Shown here: in pieces, positions 25,940 to 38,235 of the stretch
Layout: the number at the start of each line of letters is the position of its first letter
Position numbering within the stretch: position 1 is the stretch's first letter
Assembly (NCBI RefSeq): GCF_004010195.1
Contig: NC_057718.1
Span: 87,953,424-88,017,423 of the forward strand
DNA: 64,000 nt
Source: Chiloscyllium plagiosum
Taxonomy: Eukaryota
Direction: 5' to 3'
The notes under the pieces: model-generated
The model's input: only the letters and a program-made list of their open reading frames with translations
Told to the model about the DNA's origin: nothing
The model's database searches: none
Made by a program: the position numbers and the translations under genes

Positions 25940-27420
25940 AAGACTATTTGATGACTCAGTTTTTAAAAGACACAACCCTGGGATGTAACATCCTGAATTT
26001 GATACTGGTTGACAAGGGTTATCACATCTCCAACCCAAAGTGGGTGAGGCTTTAAATATCAGTGATTTTAATCTGATCAAATTTGACATTCTAAGAATTG
26101 AAGATTACATAAACCATACAGAGTAGCCAGATTTTGAGGGGACTAACTTTATGTCCATGAGAAGGCATGTCAGAATAAGCCTGGATAATGGCGAAGAGAG
26201 TGGTGGAAGTGGAGATGCATTTTGAATGTGATGGACTAGCCAATGTGTACCTACACAAAATGAAGTTCCAAGTTTCAAGGCGTTCCTGCCTGATTTAATA
26301 GTACTGATAAGCAATTAGTAAAGCAGAAAAAAAAAACTTAAGGCCATAAAGCAAAATGGCACAAAATTAAGATGAATTGAATACTAAAAAAAATCCAGAA
26401 GTGTAAATAAGGCATAATTTGGCATAAAAGAAAGAAATTGAATTGAATATGGCAGGAGATGTGAAAGATGATAAACTTTTTTGCAGAGAAATGAAAGCAT
26501 GAAAGGAAATGTTGGATTACTGAATGTGGAATTGGGTGACAGTATTAGAACTAAAGCAACAAAGTTTGAAAAAGACTTAAATACTTTTTTCCTCAGTGTT
26601 TATCTAACAGGCGATGTGTAACTTAATGATTTAGATACATGATTACCTGCATGGTTGTAGGTCAGCTGTGCAGTCTTCAGATAAACAAATCACGGAGTCA
26701 AATAAGGATCATCCAATGATTCTTAAGGAAATAAGGGAATAAATTGCAGGAACTCTGGTTCTGTAAATCACTGAACACTGGAGAAAAGCAATGCTACTAC
26801 TATGTTCAAAAATGGTAAGTAGTTACCCAAGATACTATAGTCCAATGAATTTGATGTCCCTTGTGGGCAAAAGTCTATATTTCTCTTGGATACCATTTTA
26901 ACATCATGGAGGCAGCATGGTGGCTCAATGGTTAGCACTGAGGTTTGATTCTAGTCTTGGGTGACTGTGTGGGATTTGCATGTTCTCCCTGCGTCTGCAT
27001 GGTTTTACATCGGCTGCTTTGATATTCTCCCATAATCCAAAGTTGTGCAGGTTAAGTGGATTGTTTATGCTAAATTGCCCTGTAGTGTCCAGGGATGAGC
27101 AAGTCAGGTGAATTAGCCATGTTAAATGCAAAGTTATGGTGATAGGATGGGCGTGCTGGGTCTGGGTGAGATGCTGTTCAGAGGATCAATGCAAACTTGA
27201 TGGGCTGAATGGAATCTTACACTGTAAGGATTCTATGAAAGTTTCAGAAACATTTATTGAAGGTAGGAATATCTAGATAGAAATAAAATTGCAAAAGAGA
27301 GCTAATGTGTGTTCATGAGGAGGAGGTTTTGCCAATGTAACAGAAGTTTTCTTTGCAGGTTAACTAAGGAGCTTGATATAAGTAAATTACTGGGTATAGT
27401 TTGTTAGGATCATGGACAAA
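25940..27420 (+). mobile_element. Very old CR1-type ORF2 relic
   Basis: Residual ILNLIL (endonuclease) and ggatcatccaatgattcttaaggaa (RT start) similarity. Confidence 0.45.
26908..27238 (+). mobile_element. Older, diverged HE1-like V-SINE
   Basis: ggcagcatggtggctcaatggttagcactg head and a decayed V domain. Confidence 0.75.
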
Positions 27421-27801
27421 TTACTTATCAACCAGCAACCTTCCTTAAAGAAGTGTGAGATGAATGGGACTTTCACTGAGAGATAAAAGCCACAAGATTT
27501 CATGGTTTTGAGCAAACAATACACTTCATTATACATAAAATAGTAATAGTAAAATAATCTACAATATATATACAACTTGAATTCCAACACTCAGAATTAA
27601 CGTGATAAATATGGCACCAACTCTAGCAGCACAATCAAAGAGTCTCACTGATGATGCATTGACATGAGACGAGATGTGACCAAGAAGTGAGGGCTGTTCG
27701 CACAATAATGGGTCTTTAAATAAGAACAGACAAAATAAACAACTATAAAACAGAAAACTTTCAAACAGGGAACTTAAAACAAGGATGCTCTACAAATGGA
27801 G

Positions 27802-28031
27802 TTAAAAATCACACAACACCAGGTTGTAGTCCAACAGGTTTAATTGGAAGCACACTAGCTTTCGGAGCGTCGCTCCTTCATCACATGGTAATGGGACCAC
27901 TATCACCTGAGGAAGGAGCGACGCTCCGAAAGCTAGTGTGCTTCCAATTAAACCTGTTGGACTATAACCTGGTGTTGTCTGATTTTTAACTTTGTACACC
28001 CCAGTCCAACACCAGCATCTCCAAATCATGA
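27802..28031. mobile_element. Palindromic PLE-terminus insert (family C) with 12-bp TSD
   Basis: ~80 bp inverted arms (27802-27882 and 27908-27989); ctacaaatggag at 27790-27801 and 28032-28043. Confidence 0.85.
27904..27938 (+). ncRNA. Minimal hammerhead ribozyme motif (PLE family C)
   Basis: cac-CTGAGGA-a-GGAGC-gac-GCTCC-GAAA-GC-TA-gtg: perfect 5-bp stem II, AGCU palindromic stem III, cac/gtg stem I. Confidence 0.72.
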
Positions 28032-28126
28032 CTACAAATGGAGAGTATTGTAACAATGTTTGGTGGCAGTCAGTAAAGTAAATTAGATGTTGCGATTAAA
28101 AGGTTTATTTTAAATTGAAACCTTAC

Positions 28127-28158
28127 CACATATGTGGAGGGGGAAGCTTGGGCTCCAT
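28127..28158 (-). CDS. Candidate coding exon 1 of a 56-aa microprotein (exon ~28127-28297)
   Basis: Strong Kozak GCCATGG, upstream in-frame TAA, donor TG|gtaagg; reads MEPKLPPPHM(W), phase 2 matching the 25777 acceptor. Confidence 0.5.
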
Positions 28159-28449
28159 GGCTTGGGAGGAAAGCTGAACTTTGGATCTATCCCTGTGGGG
28201 TTTTCCTCCTGTTACATTCTTTTATGTTGTAGACCAATTTGATTGGAAATTGAGTAAAGCAAACAATCAGTGACTCCAATATGGTTGTTTTATCTGACTA
28301 CCAGAAAGATAGACAGCAAGTTTGTAGGTGTTTTTATTGATGATGGTTATTAGTTTACAAAAAAAGGATGTAAAGTCAGTGAGAAGGTCACTTGGTTGCG
28401 TGTGATAACACTTCTGGGTAGGAAAAGCAAAACAAATTCAAGTTTGAAT

Positions 28450-28545
28450 GGATCTCTTGTGGTACAGTGGTAATATTGTTACCTCTGGCCCAGAAGGCCT
28501 GGGTTCAAGTCCTATTTGCTCCTGAGGTATATCATAATATGCCTT
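28450..28545 (+). mobile_element. tRNA-derived SINE head of a non-HE1 family (related copy at ~34430-34510, minus)
   Basis: A box tggtacagtgg and B box ggttcaagtcc; no tRNA cloverleaf closure. Confidence 0.5.
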
Positions 28546-28635
28546 AATAGGTTTATTAAAAGAATTAGAAAGCAAATTTGATCCACTAACATGTGAGTTT
28601 TTAAACACTTTGCCTTCATCTTGAGCCTTCATAAG

Positions 28636-29745
28636 ACAAGGTACGAGAAGGAGATAGACAGTTTACTGGGATGTTGCAAAGACAGCAACCTCTCTCTCAA
28701 TGTCAGCAAAACAAAGGAGCTGGTCATTGACTCAGGATGCAGAGTGGAGGACATGCCCCTGTCTGTATCAACGATACTAAGGTGGAGGAGGTCGAGAGCT
28801 TCTAGTTCCTAGGAGTCACCAATAAGCTATCCTGGTCCTTCACATCGACACTACAGCAAGAAAACACACTAACACCTCTACTTCCTCAGAAGGCTAAGGA
28901 AATTCAGTATGTCTACAATGACTGTTACCAATTTTTCTAGATGCATCACATGAAATTAGATTAGATTAGATTACTTACAGTGTGGAAACAGGCCCTTCGG
29001 CCCAACAAGTCCACACCGACCTGCCGAAGCGCACCCATCCAGACCCATTCCCCTACATTTACCCCTGCACCTAACACTACGGGCAATTTAGCATGGCCAA
29101 TTCACCTAACCTGCACATTTTTGGACTGTGGGAGGAAACCGGAGCACCCGGAGGAAACCCACGCAGACACGGGGAGAATGTGCAAACTCCACACAGTCAG
29201 TCACCTGAGGCGGGAATTGAACCCGGATCTCTGGCTCTGTGAGGCAGCAGTGCTAACCACTGTGCCACCGTGCCAAAGCTTTCTATCTGGACACATCACA
29301 GCTTGATATGGCAACTGCTCTGCCCAAGACTGCAAGAAAGTACAGGGTTTTGAATGCAGCCCTGTCCAGCATGAAGACTAACCTTCACTTCCTTCCAGTG
29401 ATTCCGTCTACACTTCCCAGTGCCTTGGGAAAGCAGCCAACATAATCAAAGACCTTTCTGACCCCAGTGATACTCCCTTCCACTCTCTTCTATCAGACAG
29501 AAAATACAGACGTTTGAAAACACGTACCAACAGATTTAAGAACAGCCTCTTCCCTGCCGTTATCAGACTTATGAACAGACCTCTCACATATTGGAGTTGA
29601 TCTTTCTCTGCACCTTCTCTGTCACTGTAACACTTTATTGTGCATTCTGTTCTATTACCCAGATGTGCTTCTGTTAGGTAGAATTTGTCTGGTTATCCCA
29701 ATACTTTTCACTGTATCTCAGTACATGTGACAATAATATGTCAAA
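28636..29745 (+). mobile_element. Rex/Babar-type LINE 3' fragment, interrupted by HE1
   Basis: YEKEIDSL..CCKDSNLSLNVSKTKELVID, HLYFLRRLRKF and TNRFKNS.FP motifs. Confidence 0.75.
28955..29274 (-). mobile_element. HE1-type V-SINE
   Basis: Reverse complement of the 11805 copy with (agatt)n tail. Confidence 0.93.
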
Positions 29746-29842
29746 TCATGTTTAAATCCCTCCATAGCTTCACAGCTTCTTATGTGTTTGCTGTTTAACT
29801 GTACCCTGTTCCTCATCTTTTGTGCTTGCTTGCTTTAACCTG

Positions 29843-30407
29843 TCTGTCCGAACGTTTCAGAGAATACCTCTGGGACACCCGGACCAACCAACCCAACCAC
29901 CCCGTGGCTCAACACTTCAACTCCCCCTCCCACTCCACCAAGGACATGCAGGTTCTTGGACTCCTCCATCGCCAGACCATAGCAACACGAGAGCTGGAGG
30001 AAGAGCGCCTCATCTTCCGCCTAGGAACCCTCCAACCACAAGGGATGAACTCAGATTTCTCCAGTTTCCTCATTTCCCCTCCCCCCACCTTGTCTCAGTC
30101 CCAACCCTCAAACTCAGCACCACCTTCCTAACCTGCAATCTTCTTCCTGACCTCTCCACCCTCACTCCGGCCTATCACCTTCACCTTAACCTCCTTCCAC
30201 TTATCACATTTCCAACACCCCTCCCCCAAGTCCCTCCTCCCTATCTTTTATCTTAGCCTGCTTGGCTCACTTTCCTCATTCCTGAAGAAGGGCTCATGCC
30301 TGAAACGTCGATTCTCCTGCTCCTTGGATGCTGCCTGACCTGCTGCGATTTTCCAGCAACACATTTTCAGCTCTGATCTCCAGCATCTGCAATCCTCACT
30401 TTCTCCT
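29843..30407 (+). mobile_element. Penelope-like element 3' end (family B): GIY-YIG C-terminus plus terminal repeat
   Basis: ERFREY...HPVAQHFNSPSHS..DMQVLGL...ELEEERLIFRLGTLQPQGMN. Confidence 0.9.
30278..30312 (+). ncRNA. Minimal hammerhead ribozyme motif (PLE family B)
   Basis: tc-CTGAAGA-a-gggc-tcat-gcct-GAAA-CG-TC-ga. Confidence 0.65.
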
Positions 30408-31749
30408 GTCCAAATATAAACTTTTAAAATATATTTAACCAACTTGTTCAGACATTTTATTAAACACCTTTGGGGCAAGTGGAACCCAGAACCTGGACTT
30501 TTTGTCCAGAGGTAAATGTCACTAACACTACACCACAAGGGCCTCTTATCCTTTTCTTTACAAGTGTCAAAATTTGTCTACTAATGGTCTTGGGTAGCAT
30601 TTTGACATGTTATATTACATTAAAGATGCTTATAACATGCAAGCTACAATCTGTAGATGCAGCTGTTGTTTTTTTGACTCCCTTCCAATGTGCTTTTAAC
30701 TGGAGTGCCACCATCCTATTCCAGTTCTCAATCTATAAATTTGAACTAAAAATACTTAATTATCTTTAGCAATCAATCTCCAATCATAAGGAGGTGCATC
30801 TGCTGTTTTGAATGAGCTGTAGCCCCTGTAATTGGCTGTTAAATTTTCTGCAGCTGCACTTGATTTAAAAAAAAGTCAAATTGCCCCTCCCCATTTAATT
30901 TGACACCAAAAATTAGGAAAAACAATATGTTCTGTGTTAGAACAAGGATTAAAGCATATGTGTGAGAGTTTGGGATTTGTTTTTGGCTGGAAGTGATAGA
31001 ATTGACTGGATTCTACCTTGAATGATAACTATTTTGCAAAGTAAACAGTTTTCAAGGCTTAAGCTTCATTAAGGATATGCCTGAGGTGTTTTTCTCTTTT
31101 TCCTTTGCAAACCTTTAATTAGGTTGGTGGGGAATGAACATGGTTGAAGGTACCCTGGCTGAATAAAGTAATTGCCATCATCGTGGTCCATTTAAGATAC
31201 AAGAGTTGGGTTACGTAGGTGAGTCTTGCTATGATGGATAAAATAAATGGGGATATGTGTAGGTTATGAATTTACTGTAAGTATGTGATCACTAGGAGTG
31301 GAACAGGAGGAGTGGAAGATAACTAGTGATAGGTAGAGCTTGGTTATTTTTGTGTTGAAGAAAGTGACTTGCTGCTTCTTGGATGGGGGTGATCTTGCTT
31401 TAATGTAAAGGGAGGGCTGGTTCACTGAATCCAAAATGTCCTAAATTGCTTCCAGGGCTTTAGTTTATTTATCTTAATGGATGTTGTACTAATCTGCTGT
31501 TTGTGTATAAAACAATTTTTTTTAAAATGTGACTTGACCGTAAATGTATTGTGAATTGTAGTTCCATTTTGCTTGGTTTATTTAAACACTTGCATCTGAA
31601 AGGATAAATCCAACTCTGTTACATCCTCAGATATAAATGTGCCAATGCTCCCAGTTAAATTGTTTGGTGTCTGTCTGCAATTGGAATAAAACTGTTTTAA
31701 AGTGACAGTTAAAATGTTGGAAAACTCTGTTTTCATCTTGTGCTCACAG

Positions 31750-31780
31750 ATGATCTCTAATTTGAAGGAAACATTACCTG
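31750..31780 (+). other. Candidate 31-nt exon of a plus-strand transcript
   Basis: ttttcatcttgtgctcacag|ATGATC...CCTG|gtgaga. Confidence 0.35.
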
Positions 31781-32739
31781 GTGAGAAAAGCTAGTCCTAA
31801 TGTATTCAAATGGTCCCTGCAATCAAAGTACATTGTTTGGATAAGTATTGAGCTGTCAGTAACTGGAAATCCCCTAATATCTCACTGTCCGTGTTTCTGT
31901 GTGGAGAACAATAGATGTTTCCGAATGCAAATTTATCTGAAATTAACTTGTTAACTAATCCAATTATAATCCTCAGCCCTTGAGGAAATTTCTTTAGTAC
32001 CCTGAAATTGAAAATTAATCTCTTGATTACTGCTCCAAACAACATAGGAGAACAAAAATTCACACTAACACTTCTAAAACGTTTTCAATTTTTTAATGTT
32101 GGGGGTGAAGACTGCCTGACTGTCAATGCTCAACTAAGTAGCAGTATTTGCTTCAATATTGATATGGAAAGTCTTAGCCATGACAATGGTATTCATTGGC
32201 AGCTGATGTTTGTATTTGGGTGAGAGGCTGTAGTTGGTGATCGGTCAGGAGATAAAGCTTCCTGGAATATATTCATCCAGTGTTAACAATGCTAAATCCC
32301 ATACAAGCTGAAGTTAAATCTTGTTATCTTTTTGTGTAGCCTCTATACTTCTGAATGGTAGAATTGAATGATTCGGTCAAGGTAACTGGCTGTGGATTTA
32401 GGGTGAAGACATTCCTGATTAGGCTATTCCAGTAAGATCTGTCATTAGGCTCCTATCCTATTCTATCCATTTCCACAAAAGTGATCCTGTCCTAAATTTT
32501 TCAAACTTCCTTTTCTCCTTTCCTATGTGACGTTTCCTCCTGTATTATATAATTGATTGCTAGTAGTGTAACCTGAATAGTAGTGTAAAAATAATTAAAA
32601 GGGACTAGCTGACTCTGGCTTGTTCTTAAATTTAAAAAAAAAACTATTTTTCTAAACAACCAGTTGAGATGCTATTGAATTTACTCAAGGAATATTACAA
32701 GAGAAGAATTTGGAGGCAGAAATGTCAGGCCAAACTTCA

Positions 32740-34428
32740 CGTCAATTGATTTTCACGATGAGGATATTGATGGCCATGAAAATGAGGAGGAGAAAGTCTG
32801 TCTGCTTAGTTAGATTTTAAACTAAACTGAATAGGATACTAGACTAGATGGGATTGAGGTGCATAAGGAGGAGGTATTAGCAATTCTGGGAAGGTAAAAA
32901 TAGATAAATCCCCTGGGATGGATGGGATTTATTCTTGGATTTTCTGGGAAGCCAGGGAGGAGATTGCAGAGCCTTTGGCTTTGATCTTTGTTGTCATTGT
33001 CTACAGGAATAGTGCCAGAAAACTAGAAGATAGTAAATATTGCTCCTTAGTTCAAGAAGGGGAGTAGAGATAACCCTGGAAATCATAGACCTATGAGCCT
33101 TACTTCAGTTGTGGGTGAAGTGTTGGAAAGGGTTATAAGAAAGGATTTATAATCATCTAGAGAGGAATAAATTGATTAGGGATAGTCAGCACGGTTTTGT
33201 GAAGGGTAAGTAGTACCTCTCAAATCTTTAGCGTTCTTTTGAGAAGGTGACCAGACAGATGGATGAGGGTAAAGTGGTTGATGTTGTGTATATAGATTTT
33301 AGTAAGGCTTTTGAAAAGGTACTCCACGGTAGGCTATTGCACAAAATATGGAGGCATGGGATTGAGGGTGATTTTAGTGGTTTGCATCAGAAATTGGCTA
33401 GTTGAAAGAAGTTAGAGGGTGGTGGTTGATGGGAAATATTCATCCTGGAGTTCAGTTACTAGTGGGCTATTGCAAGGATCTGTTTTGGGTCCATCGTTGT
33501 TTTGTCATTTTATATAAAATGACCTGGATGAGGACATGGAAGGATGGGTTAGTAAATTTGTGGATGACAGTACGGTCAGTAGAGTTGTGGATAGTGACGA
33601 AGAATGTTGTAGGTTACAGAGACCTAGATAAGCTGCAGAGCTGGGCTGAGGTGGCAAATGGAGTTTAATACAGAAAAGTGTGAGGTGATTCACTCTGGAA
33701 GGAGTAACAGGAATGCAGGGTACTAAGCTAATGGTAAGATTCTTGGTAGTGTAGATGAGCAGAGAGATCGGTGTCCATGTAGAAGATACTTGAAAGTTGC
33801 CACCCATGTTGATAGGGTTGTTAAAAAGGCAGAGATGGTGTGTTAGCTTTTATTGGTAGAGGGATTGAGTTTCGGAACAATGAGATCATGCTGCAGTTGT
33901 ACAAAACTCTGGTGTGGCCACATTTGGAGTATTGTGTACAGTTCTGATCGCTGCATTATAGAAAGGATGTGGAAACTTTGGAAATGATTCAGAGGAGATT
34001 TACTAGGATGTTGCCTGGTATGGAGGGAAGGTCTTCTGGAGAAAGGCTGAGGGACTTAAGGCTGCTTTTGTTAGAGAAAGGTTGAGAGGTGACTTAATTG
34101 AAACATATGATAATTGGGGAAGAGAGAAGTTGGATGGTGAAGCCTTTTTCCGTCAGATTGCGATGGCTAGCACAAGGGGTCATAGCTTTTAATTGAGGGG
34201 TGATAGATAAAGAAACTACCTCTGACATCTGTCCTATAATCAGTAATAGGGGTGTGGAACACTGCCTGCAACTGTAGTAGACTCACCAACTTTAAGGGCA
34301 TTTTAATGGTCATTGGATAGACATATGGATGAGTGCGAAGTAGTGTAGGTTAGATGGGCTTCAGATTGGTTCCACAGGTCAGCACAACATAGAGGCTGTA
34401 GGGGTCTGTACTGTGCTGCAATGTTCTA
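32740..34428 (+). mobile_element. CR1 LINE ORF2 3' half, same subfamily as 7003-11615, opposite orientation
   Basis: Closely similar to the reverse complement of ~7020-8650; many frameshifts. Confidence 0.9.
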
Positions 34429-36420
34429 CACACCTCTGGAGCAGGTGGCACTTGAATTCAGGCCTCCTGGTCCAAGGGTAGGAACACATACCAATGTGTC
34501 ATGAGGGCTCACTTGTTTTTAATTGTAATCCTGATTTGTTTAGTACAATTGATTATTAGAAGTGGAATAGCAAACTAATGATGTGGAACTGGAGTCACAT
34601 AGCAGACCAGGTAGAGATGATTGGCTTCTGACCCATTGGTCACTTTGCTGTTAATATCCAGGTGCATTTTTAAACTTTTCTGGCTATAAAACCTGTTTTC
34701 TAGATTACTGATTCAGTTCTTTTGGTTACACAACTGTAACAATATGTACTGACTTTCTCGACCTGGCATCTACTCAATGCTGCATACTGACACTGATCAG
34801 GAAGTCTGTTGGTAAGGACTTTCTGAAATGTATCTCACTACTTTCTGATATGGCATGTTTAGAACACTGACAAGTGCATATCAACAGAATGTTTGATTGA
34901 GAAATACATTCCTTTATTTTTGTCTATGTTGAGACTAGCATTCAGAAAACTGCTTTATAGAATACAAGCGGCACATTACCCATGTGTTTCCTGTACATTG
35001 GCCTCATTTCAAGAGTATCTGACCTTTTGTATGTTCAGTATCTTGAAGATACTTTTCCTGAAGTATTGCTTCACTAATGTTGACTAGTCTCATTATTCCC
35101 TGTTAGCCATGTCATCTTTGTTTCAATGCTGCAGGCACCAATTGAAATAGTTTCCAGATGTAATACTGAAAAGTAAAAGCCTCATTGTGTGTATTTTTTT
35201 TAAAATGACTTCCTGAAAGAATTACTACATAGTATGCAATGCAAAGAAATACTTATTCTGTCTAATTAATAAAAACACTTTATGGAGTAATATCATAGTA
35301 TTGACCGCTTATGGGAAGTAGGAACAAGGTATTGCTGAAAGCAGGGAAATGAAGATCAAAGGGTTGTAGATACTAGCTTTAGAACAGAGTGCAGAAGAAA
35401 TGGATATCTGAGCAGAACAAGAAAGTGTGAAACTGTTTGTTTGCATTTATGCAAAGTGGTGCGCTGGATTGATTTAAATGGCCTGTTTCAAACGGTAAAC
35501 AAATGACAATAATATTGATATTCATGAACAAGAGATAATAGACAGGATCCCAGGAAAACACCCCAACTTTTTGAATGAATCCCTTGGTTTTGCTGAGCTA
35601 ATGAGGGTACCTCTAGTTTAGTGTCATCTGAGGGAATAGCTAACACTTTTTTTTTAAGAGCTAAATGGTGATGTGGCTTTGCAGTCACAGACTGGACTAA
35701 GCAGATATTGTTTCTAAAGTTTTTTTTTGTGCCACATTCCAGTAGCACCATGGTTCTTTCTGATACCAGTTTTCTTAGTAAATTGTTGAAATTTGAACTC
35801 TCCTTTTTAGAATGTTACACCCAGCTCTTGGGTTTATTAGTCCAGTAATGACATTACTATCTCTTCCTAAATTAATCATTTTGGTACACAAAGTGGGAGG
35901 GTGTCACTGGCCAAAGGGTGACTGAAGACCATGTATCTGTGTTTTATGGGATGTGAGTGTTACAGGCAAGGCTTGTATTCATTTACCTGGTCACCCAACC
36001 CCCACCCCACCATTGCCTTTTTTAAGGTGGTGATAGACAAGTTTCATGAACTACTACAATCTGTGCTAACGGAACTGAGAGGTAGCAATTTTAAGTTTTT
36101 TTTTTATCCAATAATACATTTTCAAGTCCAGTTGGCGTGTCACTTAGAGAATTTACTAGTGTTCCGATGCCTTTCTCTCTTTCGGTAGTAGAGGTTGTGG
36201 ATTTGGAAGATGTTGTTGTAACGATGCATCTTGTAGCTGGTGTGCTTTTTAATTAATGGGATATAACTGTAGGGCTGCTTGGAGCATCTTGAATGTAGGA
36301 GCTGCCCTTATTCTGGAAAGGGGAGATTATGTCACAAATGACATGTTCCTTGGAGTTGGTGAGACTCTTTGAGGACTCAAATGGACCACTAATCACAATA
36401 CAATCTCTGATTTGTTCTTC

Positions 36421-36601
36421 GAGGAGAAAGTGAGGGCTGGAGATCAGAGCTGAAAATGTGTTGCTGGAAAAGCGCAGCAGGTCAGGCAGCATCCAAAGAA
36501 CAGGAGAATCGATGTTTCGGGGTATGCCCGAAATGTCGATTCTCCTGTTCCTTGAATGCTGCCTGACCTGCGCTTTTCCAGCAACACATTTTCAGCTCTG
36601 A
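36421..36601. mobile_element. Palindromic PLE-terminus insert (family B)
   Basis: ~75 bp inverted arms centred on tttcggg-gtatg-cccgaaa (hammerhead stem II). Confidence 0.85.
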
Positions 36602-37729
36602 CACTGGCTACAAGAACAGATCATGGTTCATGAAGTTTTTGGTTAATTGTGACCCTTGGCTGCTGGCTGGCATGAACACTGAATGTGCAGGGAAGATAGT
36701 TAGGCAATCCCTTCATTGGGAATTGATGGTTGCTCTTTTGTTTGTACAGAGTGATTTTTCTCGTTCATCAGCCCAAGTGCAAGTGTTGTCTGAGTTGTAC
36801 ATGTTGTCATACATGTGCTTTCTAAACAATTTATCTGGGTGAAATTTGGGTGTCTTTTTGCCCTTGTTCTAATTTAAATAAGACAGCAAGGTTTTATATG
36901 TTTAAAATAAATTCTTTTCTCATACTTCAATTCATGTCACCTACTTCATCTAATGAGTGCATGCTTAAAGATTGGATACAGGTAAAGACTACATTTAGTT
37001 CATACTTTATTTTATAATTTCCCACATGGCAGGCCTGTAACTTCTTTGGGTTTGGTGATTTTTGAAAGTTGGAGTGGGGATCTTGTGAATCCTGTTTTTC
37101 TTAAGATCCGGTTGTGAAGTTCTTTGTCAAAGAAGACTGACTCTTGTGTAAACCTTTTTAAAATTAGAACAGGTACCTTTCAATAACTTGCAGTGAGATT
37201 GTCTGCCAACTGCTTCTGATGGATTTGCTAGGTCCTGTCATATGGCTGTAAAATTTGAAGCCCCACCCATCTAGCTTACATGGGTGAGGCCATTGTAATA
37301 CAACAGAAAGTTGATGGTGGCAGTTGAGTTTGATCTTTATTTTTTCCAGTCTGAAAAGGGGCTTAGTAACTCAATCCTCTTCTTTGTGTTGGGCCATTCC
37401 TAATGATGTCCCCTTCCACAGGTGACTATGAAGTGTCAATATTTAATTGGATATTCATTTGACTTTTTGAGCTGCTATCTTAACAGCTTTGTTGTTTGTC
37501 TCCAATGTTTAAGTATTGACTGAAGGTTCACCATATTTCATATCTGTACATGTTTGAGTTAGTACAGTCTGTTAATGAACTTTCCCTCTACTGACCTAAT
37601 GTTGAAGTGATAGATATTTTAAGCAGGATATTTCTGTTTTCACTGAGGAACCTATGCAATAATATCCTAAGGATGAAGATGATTGACTCCCAAAATGATT
37701 ATCTTTTGTGCTGAGGTATGATGTGCAGG

Positions 37730-38235
37730 GGCTTGGTGCAACCACACTTGGAATACTGTGTACAGTTTTGGCCTTTATTTTGAGGGAAGGATTTTATGGC
37801 TAAGGAGGGAATGCAACAAAAGCTTGCCAATCTGTATCCTGGAATGGTGGGACCAATTAGTGAAAAGAAACTGGATTGGTTAGAACTGTAGTCATTGGAG
37901 TTTAGGGGAATGAAAGGTACCTCCTACAAATGTTTAAAATTCAACAGGTAAAAGTAAGGAGGATTTTCTGGACGACTGTGGAGTCCAGATCCAGGGTCAC
38001 AGTCCTAGGACATAGGGTAGGTAATTTAGGACTGATGACAAGAAACTTCTTTACCCAAAGCCTGCCACAAAGCAGTTGCAACCAAAATAGTTTTCAAGAG
38101 ATTGATACCTTTAACACCAATGAACAGCATGAGGAGAAAATGGGAACAAGGTATTGAGTTGAATGATCAACCAGGATCAAATTGAATGGTAAAACAGGCA
38201 TGTTGGGGCAAATGGCCTTCCAGCTGTTTCTATGG
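37730..38235 (+). mobile_element. Degraded CR1 3' fragment
   Basis: ccacacttggaatactgtgtacagttttgg (PHLEYCVQFW) and RNFFTQ. Confidence 0.7.

Noticed and set aside
27624..27645. miR-15/16-like start TAGCAGCACA
   Set aside because: Only the seed region matches and there is no complementary arm to form a precursor.
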